DNA of 64,000 bases from an uncultured Eubacteriales bacterium (GTDB taxonomy: Bacteria; Bacillota; Clostridia; Monoglobales; CAYZNM01): assembly GCA_964479875.1 (NCBI GenBank), contig CAYZNM010000013.1, forward strand, positions 21,573-85,572. The letters run 5' to 3'. Below, piece by piece: positions 38,500-47,004 of the stretch; the stretch's first letter is position 1; every line of letters begins with the position of its first letter. Position numbers and translations under genes: made by a program. The notes beneath the pieces were generated by a model. It worked only from the letters and a program-made list of their open reading frames with translations, was not told the DNA's origin and made no database searches.

Positions 38500-39297
38500 T
38501 TAAATCGACAATTCGTTTCGTGCCGTGAATAGGTATTGCTGCGCTATCCCTTGGTAGGGTGCAAAGTGCGCGGCGGCGTAGGCTTCGCACTCTTTCTTTG
38601 GTACATTGTATAATTCTTCCATCATGCGGTAAATCCATACGTCTTTCGGGAAAACTTCTTGGCGTGCGTATGAGTAAAGCATTATGCAGTCGGCTACTTT
38701 TTCGCCTATGCCGTGGTATTGTGTGAGCAGCTTCCGTAAGGTGGGTGTATCTATTTCGCTGTAGCTTTCTAGGTCGATGTTATTGTGTACTGTGCGTCGT
38801 GCGGCTTCCAGTATATATTTTGCCCTGAATCCTGCTTTTATCACGTCAAGGTCAGGCAAAGTCAGCTCCGCGATTTGTTCGGGTGTGGGGAATGCGTAAA
38901 GGTCGCCGTCGATTCGGTCGCCGAAGTTTAGGCATAAGCTTTCGACTATCTTAGTTATGCGCGGTATGTTGTTACAGGCGGAGATTATGAAGCTGATTAG
39001 CGTTTCCCACTTATTTTGGTTAAGTATATGTAGCCCGTTGCAGTATTCGATTGCGCGCTCCATTATCGGGTCGTGACTTAGATATGCCGCCGCGTTTTTG
39101 TACAGCTCCTCGTTGTGCAGGTCGAGATAGCGCGAAAAATAAGGGACATCGCCGTCTATGCAGACGCATTCTCCCTTCTTATATACGTATGCGGCTTTAT
39201 CTGCCGATATGCAGAGGTAGCCGTCGCCTATTCTTCTAAAGCGGAACACCTGCCCGCATTCCATTGTATGTTTTAAATTTATGTCAGATTTTATCAT
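38500..39297 (-). CDS. ogg: 8-oxoguanine DNA glycosylase / AP lyase (Ogg-type, HhH-GPD superfamily).
   Basis: OGG_N-like start 'ECGQVFRF'. Helix-hairpin-helix 'LRKLLTQYHGIGEKVADCI' followed by the catalytic Asp region. Confidence 0.7.
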   Translation of the reverse strand: MIKSDINLKHTMECGQVFRFRRIGDGYLCISADKAAYVYKKGECVCIDGDVPYFSRYLDLHNEELYKNAAAYLSHDPIMERAIEYCNGLHILNQNKWETLISFIISACNNIPRITKIVESLCLNFGDRIDGDLYAFPTPEQIAELTLPDLDVIKAGFRAKYILEAARRTVHNNIDLESYSEIDTPTLRKLLTQYHGIGEKVADCIMLYSYARQEVFPKDVWIYRMMEELYNVPKKECEAYAAAHFAPYQGIAQQYLFTARNELSI

Positions 39298-39343
39298 TTG
39301 TTCCCTTCGCGTTCACTTAATAAATGTAATATACGGATTATGC

Positions 39344-40054
39344 TCATTTGGCGAAGTTGAAATCATTAAGTATTCCGAAAAGCTCATCAAGAGAGCTTAT
39401 GGTATGGTTTTGGCTAAATTCCTTAACGGTATCGCTTCTGTTAATCAATACCGAAACTGCTCGAATATTGTTAGCTCCTAAAATATCTTTTTCTTCATCT
39501 CCGACATATATCATTTCATTTGGCGATATATAGAAATACTCTACTATTTTCAAAAATCCCGATTTATTAGGTTTTCTATAACCTACATCTACTGAAGTTA
39601 AAGTTAAATCAATATATTCTGAAAGCATTTTAAAGTCTTTCAATGAAAATTCGTTATCCATACCATAGGCAACATCGGTCAAAACTGCAATTTTTATCCC
39701 CATGTTTTTAAGTACTTTTAGTGTTTCGATTGTTTCGGGAAATGGGTAAGCATTTACCTGAAAGAAAGAGTAAAAAGCAGATTTAATGGCGTGTATGTTT
39801 GCACTCGAACAGTTCCATGCTGTAATAATTTCATTGAAAATAGTATTAGAAACGACTTCAATCTCTCGATAATTTATTCTTGTGTTGTATTTTGTAAGAA
39901 TTTCTATAGCATTACCTATCATACAATCCGATAAAACCATATTGCAATCAGTGGCTATTTTACAAAGTGCATGGCGGTATAATGAAGCCCAATTTAATGG
40001 AGTATCATATTTTATTAAAGTATGTCCAACATCAAACGCTACGACTTTTATCAT
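39344..40054 (-). CDS. HAD-superfamily hydrolase.
   Basis: Motif I 'VAFDVGHTL' (DxG/D), 'KIAVLTD' and 'YVGDEEKDI' motif IV. Markedly AT-rich compared with neighbours. Confidence 0.7.
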   Translation of the reverse strand: MIKVVAFDVGHTLIKYDTPLNWASLYRHALCKIATDCNMVLSDCMIGNAIEILTKYNTRINYREIEVVSNTIFNEIITAWNCSSANIHAIKSAFYSFFQVNAYPFPETIETLKVLKNMGIKIAVLTDVAYGMDNEFSLKDFKMLSEYIDLTLTSVDVGYRKPNKSGFLKIVEYFYISPNEMIYVGDEEKDILGANNIRAVSVLINRSDTVKEFSQNHTISSLDELFGILNDFNFAK

Positions 40055-40140
40055 CTTTTTTTACCTCCTATTATATAAATTATCTGTAGCCTTCAATCAA
40101 CCTTACTCGCAAAGCGGGTTGGAGGTCGTTTTAAATTCTC

Positions 40141-40169
40141 TTGCATATTCAAGGCAATGCTGATATAAT
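40141..40169 (+). promoter_or_regulatory. Candidate sigma-A promoter for ychF.
   Basis: TTGCAT-17 nt-TATAAT about 60 nt upstream of the ychF ATG. Confidence 0.35.
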
Positions 40170-40226
40170 TATAGCATAATTAATTTGGATAAGTAAAGTA
40201 AAAATAATTAGAAATGAGATTGCATA

Positions 40227-41312
40227 ATGAAGCTTGGACTTATAGGCTTGCCTAACGTGGGCAAGAGCACTTTGTTTAACGCAATAACAAAAGCAGGCGC
40301 AGGAGCTGCGAATTATCCCTTCTGCACAATTGAGCCGAATGTCGGCATTACGCCTGTGCCTGATAAGCGATTGGACACGCTTGCGGAGATGTATAAGCCG
40401 CAGAAGCTTACTCCTGCTGTGCTGGAGTGCGTCGACATCGCAGGGCTTGTGAAGGGCGCAAGCAAGGGCGAGGGCTTGGGCAACAAATTCCTGTCGCACA
40501 TTCGCGAGGTGGACGCATGTATGCACATCGTGCGCTGCTTCGAGGACAGCGAGATTGTGAATGTGAATGACACCGTTGACCCATTGCGCGATATTGGAAT
40601 AATCAATTTTGAGTTAATGCTTGCAGACCTTGAGCACGTGGACAAGCAGCTTAATAAAAAAACAAAAACTCCCGATAAGGAGTTGGAACAAAAGGCGTTT
40701 GCGAAAATACGCGCTTGCCTTGAAAATGAGCAAATGGCAAAATCCGCCGACTTAACTCCTGAAGAGCTTGACGCCGTGAAGGGCAAAGGCTTGCTCACGC
40801 TAAAGCCGCAGGTGGTTGTCGCGAATATGTCGCTTGAAGAATTGGCAGACTACAAAAATAACAAGCATTTTATCGCGCTTAAACAATATGCCGATAAAGA
40901 AGGCTACACTATAATTCCTGTAAACGCAAAGGTCGAGGAGGATATCGCGGACTTTACGCCGCAGGAGCAAGTGGAATACCTGAACGAGCTTGGCATAAAC
41001 GTAGAAGCCGCAGGGCTTGACACTGTGATACAGGCAGGCTATGCCGTGCTTGGCCTCATAAGCTTCCTCACCGCAGGCGAAAAGGAAGTGCGCGCATGGA
41101 CTATCACCAACGGAAGCACTGCCAGAACTGCCGCAGGTAAAATTCACTCCGACATGGAGCGCGGCTTTATCCGCGCCGAAATTGTAGCATACGACGAGCT
41201 AATCGCCCTAGGCGGAATGCAAGCTGCCAAGGATAAAGGCAGAGTGCGCAGCGAAGGTAAAGAGTATATAATGCAGGACGGCGATGTTGTTCTGTTCAGA
41301 TTTAATGTTTAA
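40227..41312 (+). CDS. ychF: Ribosome-binding ATPase YchF (Obg-family GTPase-like).
   Basis: 'GLIGLPNVGKSTLFNAIT' P-loop, 'YPFCTIEPNVG', C-terminal TGS domain. 361 aa. Confidence 0.9.
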   Translation: MKLGLIGLPNVGKSTLFNAITKAGAGAANYPFCTIEPNVGITPVPDKRLDTLAEMYKPQKLTPAVLECVDIAGLVKGASKGEGLGNKFLSHIREVDACMHIVRCFEDSEIVNVNDTVDPLRDIGIINFELMLADLEHVDKQLNKKTKTPDKELEQKAFAKIRACLENEQMAKSADLTPEELDAVKGKGLLTLKPQVVVANMSLEELADYKNNKHFIALKQYADKEGYTIIPVNAKVEEDIADFTPQEQVEYLNELGINVEAAGLDTVIQAGYAVLGLISFLTAGEKEVRAWTITNGSTARTAAGKIHSDMERGFIRAEIVAYDELIALGGMQAAKDKGRVRSEGKEYIMQDGDVVLFRFNV

Positions 41313-41339
41313 TTTATTTTTAGGAGGTTTCAAGCTTCA

Positions 41340-42029
41340 ATGACAGCCATAAAAAAAGAAGTGGTCGAAGCAAACAAAAAGCTCCCGAAAGCCAACCTTG
41401 TTAAATTCACATGGGGCAACGCAAGCTTTTACGACAGGTCGACAGGTAAAATCTACATCAAGCCATCAGGCGTGGAATACGACGACCTTACCATAAACGA
41501 CATAATCGTGCTAAACATAGACGGCGAGCTAATCGAGGGCAACCTGCGTCCGTCGAGTGATACACCTACACATTTGGAGCTTTACCGTGCATTTGATGAT
41601 GTTAACGCAATCGTGCATACGCATTCGCCGTGGGCGACAGCGTTCGCACAAAGCGGCGAGCCTATCCCTGCATTCGGCACAACGCACGCCGATTATTTCG
41701 ACGGCTTAATCCCAATCACGCGGCAGCTTGCAATGCGCGACACAGTAGAAAACTATGAGGCAAACACAGGCAAGGTTATCGTCGACACGATGAACGGCGG
41801 CGGACATAAGCCGCTGGAAATTCCCGCGTGCTTAGTCTACAGTCACGGCCCGTTCGTGTGGAGCGACACGCTCTCGGGCGCAGTGCATAACGCAATCGTC
41901 CTAGAAGACGTGGCGTGTATCGCCTACCACACACTAATGCTCAACCGAAAAACTCCCGCAATCCCCAACTTCCTAGTCGAAAAGCACTTCAAGAGAAAGC
42001 ACGGACCTTCAGCCTACTACGGGAACTAA
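41340..42029 (+). CDS. araD: L-ribulose-5-phosphate 4-epimerase (class II aldolase family).
   Basis: Near-collinear match to the E. coli AraD pattern: 'FTWGNAS...IKPSGVEYDDLT...RPSSDTPTHLELYR...VHTHSPWATAFAQ...AFGTTHADYF...HGPFVW...KHFKRKHGPSAYYG'. Confidence 0.8.
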   Translation: MTAIKKEVVEANKKLPKANLVKFTWGNASFYDRSTGKIYIKPSGVEYDDLTINDIIVLNIDGELIEGNLRPSSDTPTHLELYRAFDDVNAIVHTHSPWATAFAQSGEPIPAFGTTHADYFDGLIPITRQLAMRDTVENYEANTGKVIVDTMNGGGHKPLEIPACLVYSHGPFVWSDTLSGAVHNAIVLEDVACIAYHTLMLNRKTPAIPNFLVEKHFKRKHGPSAYYGN

Positions 42030-42032
42030 TAT

Positions 42033-42722
42033 ATGGAAAAGATACTTGTTGTTGATGATGATTTGAACATATGCGAGCTGCTTCGCCTTTGTCTAAGCAA
42101 GGCAGGATATGAGGTGAGCATGGCGCACAACGGCGTTCGCGCAATCGAAGCGTTGCAGTATTTTTCGCCGGATTTGGTAATTCTTGACATAATGATGCCG
42201 GGTAAAGATGGGTTGTCCGTGGCAAAAAGCATTCGTCTTGTTTCGCAGGATATAGCCATAATGATGTTGACTGCCAAAGGCGAGGTCGAGGACAAGGTAA
42301 CAGCTTTCACTTACGGCGCGGACGACTACATGGTAAAGCCTTTTGACACAAAAGAGCTGGTCGCACGCGTAAAGGCATTGCTTCGCCGCGCTCAAACCAA
42401 GAAAGAACCGAAAACTACATTAGAATTCGACAACCTCATCATCGACATAGCTAACTACTCAATCACAGCGGCAGGTGTAAAAACCGAGCTTCCCCCAAAA
42501 GAAATCGAACTGTTATTCCACTTAGCGTCAAATCCCAACACCGTCTACACTCGCGACCAACTTTTAGATGAGGTATGGGGCTACGAATACTTCGGCGACT
42601 CGCGCACGGTCGACGTACACATCAAACGCCTCCGCGACAAGCTAGACAACCTAAGCAGCGAATGGCAAATTAAAACAGTGTGGGGCGTAGGCTACAAGTT
42701 TGAGCTGACGCCTAAGCTATAA
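42033..42722 (+). CDS. OmpR-family response regulator (receiver + winged-helix DNA-binding).
   Basis: 'ILVVDDD', phospho-acceptor 'LVILDIMMPGKDG', 'KPFDTKEL', C-terminal 'TVWGVGYKF'. Confidence 0.85.
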   Translation: MEKILVVDDDLNICELLRLCLSKAGYEVSMAHNGVRAIEALQYFSPDLVILDIMMPGKDGLSVAKSIRLVSQDIAIMMLTAKGEVEDKVTAFTYGADDYMVKPFDTKELVARVKALLRRAQTKKEPKTTLEFDNLIIDIANYSITAAGVKTELPPKEIELLFHLASNPNTVYTRDQLLDEVWGYEYFGDSRTVDVHIKRLRDKLDNLSSEWQIKTVWGVGYKFELTPKL

Positions 42723-42736
42723 AAGGAGATGTTATC

Positions 42737-43612
42737 ATGCTGCCTTCCCTTTTGCTTATATACTACGGCGACTGCCGCGATATGATTGACTTTTACTCAA
42801 CCATTTTCGACAATATCGAAAAGAAAATTCAAACATACTCCGAAATGCCTTTGTTTGAATCATATGGTATCAAAGAGCAGGAGCTTGACATGGTTTGGCA
42901 AGCGTCGCTAAAAATCCATTATGGAAATAACGCTGTCAGCCTAAAGCTGTCGGACTCAATGCTAACTGCAATGCGCAGCCCCATTACCTATCAAGGTCAA
43001 GCATACAATCCTCTAATTTGCATAGAGCACAACGACGAACAATACGTACGCGATTTATTTGCCAATCTGTATTGCGGCGAACATAGTTTTGATGAAATTC
43101 AAAAAGGCATTCATAGCGATAAGTACGGAATACGATGGGTTTACAAAAAGAGCGATAATTGCAGCATATATTATTGCTTTGAATTCAACGGAGATTGCAT
43201 TGATGTAGTAGAGTATATTAAAGATACATTCATAGTAAATTCAAGGGAATTGATAACTTATGCGGATTCGCCGCATGTTGATAAAATAAAGTTGTCTGCT
43301 CCGAATAAAATTTACAGTGCTGTACTGTCTTTTGAGCACGGCGGTTGCTGCTATGCGTTAAAGTTTTCCGACAACTTAGATTCTGCCATCCACGGCTTTA
43401 ATGGTTATAGTCCCGATGCTAAGTTGTCCTATCAAATTATATTGGCAGTAGAAGACGATGACGCAGAGCAGTTAATCCAATCCTTTGGCAGATTAAGTGT
43501 CGGCGCGAAATTAAACAAGCCAATCGCGCGCAATGCAGACGGAAGTGTCAATGGCAGTTTGATAGACAGGTACGGCTTAGTGTGGGAACTTATGACCTGC
43601 AATAATTCTTAA
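42737..43612 (+). CDS. Hypothetical protein with tandem VOC/PhnB-like (glyoxalase/bleomycin-resistance fold) halves.
   Basis: 'LLIYYGDCRDMIDFYSTIF ... DKYGIRWVY' and again 'YALKFSDNLDSAIHGFNG ... DRYGLVWELM' resemble the PhnB pattern (L-x-F-x-G-x-[AC]-EEA-x-x-FY ... DKFG-x-SWQI) twice. Sits 15 nt after the response regulator. Confidence 0.4.
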   Translation: MLPSLLLIYYGDCRDMIDFYSTIFDNIEKKIQTYSEMPLFESYGIKEQELDMVWQASLKIHYGNNAVSLKLSDSMLTAMRSPITYQGQAYNPLICIEHNDEQYVRDLFANLYCGEHSFDEIQKGIHSDKYGIRWVYKKSDNCSIYYCFEFNGDCIDVVEYIKDTFIVNSRELITYADSPHVDKIKLSAPNKIYSAVLSFEHGGCCYALKFSDNLDSAIHGFNGYSPDAKLSYQIILAVEDDDAEQLIQSFGRLSVGAKLNKPIARNADGSVNGSLIDRYGLVWELMTCNNS

Positions 43613-43671
43613 TTACAACAGCAGTTGAGTGAAGTTGTGCAGGTATAGTGAAACAACTTTAAAACAATCTG

Positions 43672-43746
43672 CTAGTCAATCACGTTTCTTTGATTATATC
43701 TGCATTCGTCGTAGTTCTGATGTATCGGATTGAAACGTGATTGACT
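43672..43746. repeat. Perfect 16-bp inverted repeat (TAGTCAATCACGTTTC / GAAACGTGATTGACTA) separated by 43 nt.
   Basis: Read directly from the sequence in the intergenic region upstream of the DUF378 gene. Arms at 43672-43687 and 43731-43746. Confidence 0.8.
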
Positions 43747-43839
43747 ATATAGCATATTTGAAAAAATTACATGTTTATAAATCTCCTTAAAAGCAATAAT
43801 ATGAACAAGAAACATATTTTTTATTAAGGAGATGAAATA

Positions 43840-44052
43840 ATGGATAGAACCGCATTGGTATTAATTATCATCGGCGCTCTCAATTGGGGCTCCATCGGTA
43901 TATTCGGCGTGGATTTAGTTGCCGCTATTTTCGGCGGTCAGCTTGCAGTTGTAAGCAGAATCATATATACCCTCGTCGGCTTAGGCGGACTTTGGGCTAT
44001 AACCCTCCTCTTTAGAAGCAAAGAAGAAATTCACTCATCTGACAGAATATAA
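43840..44052 (+). CDS. DUF378-family small membrane protein.
   Basis: 'ALVLIIIGALNWGSIGIFGVDLVAAIFGG' is essentially the DUF378 consensus (ALNWGLIG...DLVA.IFG). Two TM helices, 70 aa. GGAG RBS. Confidence 0.75.
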   Translation: MDRTALVLIIIGALNWGSIGIFGVDLVAAIFGGQLAVVSRIIYTLVGLGGLWAITLLFRSKEEIHSSDRI

Positions 44053-44084
44053 TTTTGTCTAACAATTACATCGCAGCTTAGAAT

Positions 44085-44108
44085 GCCCACCGCACGGTGG
44101 GTTTTTTG
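44085..44108 (+). terminator. Rho-independent terminator after the DUF378 gene.
   Basis: gcccaccg-ca-cggtgggt hairpin followed by TTTTTT. Confidence 0.65.
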
Positions 44109-44169
44109 TTGCATATTTATGTGCGGTATGTTAGAATTAAGATGTAACCTATATTAAGGAGGGATTAGC

Positions 44170-45777
44170 ATGATAGGGTTTATTTATCAGTTGAGTGACA
44201 ACCTTTGGTATATTGTTGGGATTGTGTTGCTCATCATTTTATTTGGCGCATTTTTATCCGTGTCTTACTTGAAGGCTCCGCCGGATATTGCATACATAAT
44301 TTCCGGCTTGCGTAAGGGCAAGGATAATACAAGTGGGGCGCGTATTGTTGTGGGACGCGCGACGATTCGCATACCGTTTTTTGAGCGTGTGGATAAGCTG
44401 CCGCTTAATCTTATGCAGGTGGATATTAAGACTAACTCGGCTGTACCTACGGCGGAGTATATCAATGTGTTTATCGATGGCGTTGCTAATATAAAGGTGG
44501 CGTCGGATAGGTCGTCTATATTGCGTGCGGCGGAGAATTTTCTGGGGCGAAAGCAGGCGGAGGTCGCGGTGGTTGCGCAGCAGGTGCTTGAAGGAAATAT
44601 GCGCGAAATCGTGGGACAGATGAAGCTGAATGAGCTTGTGCAGAACCGCGATTTGTTCGCAAGCAAGGTGCTGCAAAATGCCGCTGAAGATATGCGCCGA
44701 ATGGGACTTGAAATTGTCAACCTCACGGTGCAAAACTTCACTGACAAAGAAGGTATAATTCAAGACTTAGGTATAGACAACATTGCAAGAATTCGCAAGG
44801 ATGCCGCTATTGCAAAGGCTAACGCCGAGAAGGATATTGCAGTTGCGCAAGCTACCGCGCAGGAGGAAAGCAATCGCGCGGTTGCACTCGCTTCCATCAA
44901 CATTGCCGAGCAGAATAAGGAAGTCGAGCTGAAGAAGTCCGAATACAAGCGTCAACAGGACATCAAGAAGGCCGAAGCCGACGCGGCTTACGCAATTCAA
45001 GAACAAGAGCAGCGTCGCAGCATAGAAACCGCAAGCGTTAACGCCGACATCGCGCGCCGCGAAAAAGAAATCGAGCTGCAAGATAAGGAAATCTCCTTAA
45101 CCGAACGTACACTCGACGCGCAGATTAAAAAGCAAGCCGACGCGCAAAAATATGCAATTGAACAGAAAGCGCAAGCTGATAAATATCGCCGCGAGCAGGA
45201 AGCTGTCGCGCACAGAATAGAACTGGAGCAGGAAGCCGAAGCAGGAAAGTTTGCAATAGAGCAAAAGGCAATTGCCGATAAATATCAACTCGAGCAGCAA
45301 GCAATGGCGCGCAGAATTGAGCTGGAGCAGGAAGCCGAGGCCGAAAGATTCGCAACCGAGCAGAAAGCGCAAGCCGAAAAGTTCCGCATGGAGCAGGAAG
45401 CCGAAGCAAACAGGCTCACAGCTGCAGCAAGCCGCTATGCCGACGAGCAAGCTGCCGCAGGTATCCAAGCCAAGGGTCAAGCCGAAGCCGACGCAATCCT
45501 AGCAAAAGCCGAAGCGATGAAGGCTATGGGAGAAGCGTCCGTGCTCGAAATGTACTTGCAGACGCTGCCTGAAATGGTGAAAAACGCCGCAGCTCCGCTT
45601 GCGCAGACCGAGAAAATTATTATGTACGGCGAGGGCAACTCCGCGAAATTGGTCAAGGACGTAATGCAGTCGTCGCAGCAAATATTCGACGGATTGAGCG
45701 AGTCCACAGGCATAAACGTGAAGGAAATGCTGGAATCCTTCTTGAACAAGCAGCCTCCCGCTCCGCCTAAAAAATAA
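44170..45777 (+). CDS. Flotillin-like protein (SPFH/band-7 domain plus long coiled coil; FloT/YuaG-like).
   Basis: N-terminal TM, SPFH domain, then a periodic EA/EQ-rich repeat region (KYAIEQKAQADKYRREQEA... repeated) as in flotillins. 535 aa. AGGAGG RBS. Confidence 0.8.
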   Translation: MIGFIYQLSDNLWYIVGIVLLIILFGAFLSVSYLKAPPDIAYIISGLRKGKDNTSGARIVVGRATIRIPFFERVDKLPLNLMQVDIKTNSAVPTAEYINVFIDGVANIKVASDRSSILRAAENFLGRKQAEVAVVAQQVLEGNMREIVGQMKLNELVQNRDLFASKVLQNAAEDMRRMGLEIVNLTVQNFTDKEGIIQDLGIDNIARIRKDAAIAKANAEKDIAVAQATAQEESNRAVALASINIAEQNKEVELKKSEYKRQQDIKKAEADAAYAIQEQEQRRSIETASVNADIARREKEIELQDKEISLTERTLDAQIKKQADAQKYAIEQKAQADKYRREQEAVAHRIELEQEAEAGKFAIEQKAIADKYQLEQQAMARRIELEQEAEAERFATEQKAQAEKFRMEQEAEANRLTAAASRYADEQAAAGIQAKGQAEADAILAKAEAMKAMGEASVLEMYLQTLPEMVKNAAAPLAQTEKIIMYGEGNSAKLVKDVMQSSQQIFDGLSESTGINVKEMLESFLNKQPPAPPKK

Positions 45778-45798
45778 CAAAATTACAAGGAGGTTATC

Positions 45799-46323
45799 AT
45801 GAACATCAAAGGTACAAAAACCGAAGCAAACATCAAGGAAGCATTCGCCGGCGAATCAATGGCACGCAACCGCTACAACTATTGGGCAGATCAAGCGCGT
45901 CAAACAAGTCACGACTTGGAAGCCGACCTCTTCGACAAAATGGCTGCAAACGAAAAGGAGCACGCGAAAATTTGGTTCAAGCTGCTCAACAACGGATTGG
46001 GCGATACCGAGATAAACCTCCTTTCCGCGGCTCACGGCGAGCATTTCGAGTGGAAAAACATGTATCCCGAATTTGCGAAAGTCGCGCGCGACGAAGGCTT
46101 GGATAGTATCGCGCAAATGTTCGAGCGCGTAGCGGCAATCGAAAAAGACCACGAAGCACGCTTCCTAAAAGAATACAACGCACACACAAAGCCTAACGCA
46201 ACTCAATCAAGCGAACAGCCCGAAATGAAATATCGATGTATGTTTTGCGGAGCTTTAGCCAATGATTATCTTGATGTGTGTTATGTTTGCGAAGCTATTG
46301 GAGCGTTTGAACCAAACGAGTAA
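45799..46323 (+). CDS. Rubrerythrin (diiron ferritin-like domain plus C-terminal rubredoxin-like domain).
   Basis: ExxH diiron motifs ('ANEKEHAKIW', 'AIEKDHEARF'). C-terminal 'CMFCG ... CYVCE' rubredoxin-like Cys4. Confidence 0.85.
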   Translation: MNIKGTKTEANIKEAFAGESMARNRYNYWADQARQTSHDLEADLFDKMAANEKEHAKIWFKLLNNGLGDTEINLLSAAHGEHFEWKNMYPEFAKVARDEGLDSIAQMFERVAAIEKDHEARFLKEYNAHTKPNATQSSEQPEMKYRCMFCGALANDYLDVCYVCEAIGAFEPNE

Positions 46324-46380
46324 CACGCCGCAGCAAAAATGCCCCTGTGCATACGCATAGGGGCGTCAAAGGAGAACAGT

Positions 46381-47004
46381 ATGAATAACTTAAACATCAA
46401 GCAAATAGAAGTAGGCAAAAACAGCACAAACTGCTACATTTTGTCGTTAGGCGAGGATTGCGTCATCATAGACGCAGGCGGCGACAGCGACGTAATTATG
46501 AACTATATCGCAGAGGAATGCCTGAAGCCGCACTGCGTTGTACTAACGCACGGTCACTTCGACCACTTCATGGGGGCGAAGCAAGTCGCCGACGCCTACT
46601 CCATTCCGATAATCTGCCATGAAGCCGAGTTCAACATCTTGCAGGACGCAAACAACAACGGCTCCAACCTCGTACTGCGCAAAAACCTCACGCTCATTCC
46701 GGATAAAACAGTTGCCGACGGCGATATAATCACCGCAGGTGGATTGTCGCTCAAATGTATGCACACGCCCGGACATACCATAGGCGGCATGTGCTTACTG
46801 CACGAGGGCTTCGCATTCACAGGCGACACACTTTTCTTTGAATCCATCGGGCGCACAGACCTACCCACCGGCGACTACGACACAATCGTGCAATCCATCA
46901 AAAAGCTGTACACCCTAGACGAAGGCACAATCTGCTACCCAGGACACGGTCCGCGCACCACAATCGCATACGAAAAGGAAAACAACGCGTATGTGCAAAG
47001 CTAA
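46381..47004 (+). CDS. MBL-fold metallo-hydrolase (glyoxalase-II-like).
   Basis: 'VVLTHGHFDHFMG' HxHxDH motif plus later His/Asp ligands. Start moved to the MNNLNIKQ Met with an AAGGAG RBS (ORF-track start at 46339). Confidence 0.7.
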   Translation: MNNLNIKQIEVGKNSTNCYILSLGEDCVIIDAGGDSDVIMNYIAEECLKPHCVVLTHGHFDHFMGAKQVADAYSIPIICHEAEFNILQDANNNGSNLVLRKNLTLIPDKTVADGDIITAGGLSLKCMHTPGHTIGGMCLLHEGFAFTGDTLFFESIGRTDLPTGDYDTIVQSIKKLYTLDEGTICYPGHGPRTTIAYEKENNAYVQS

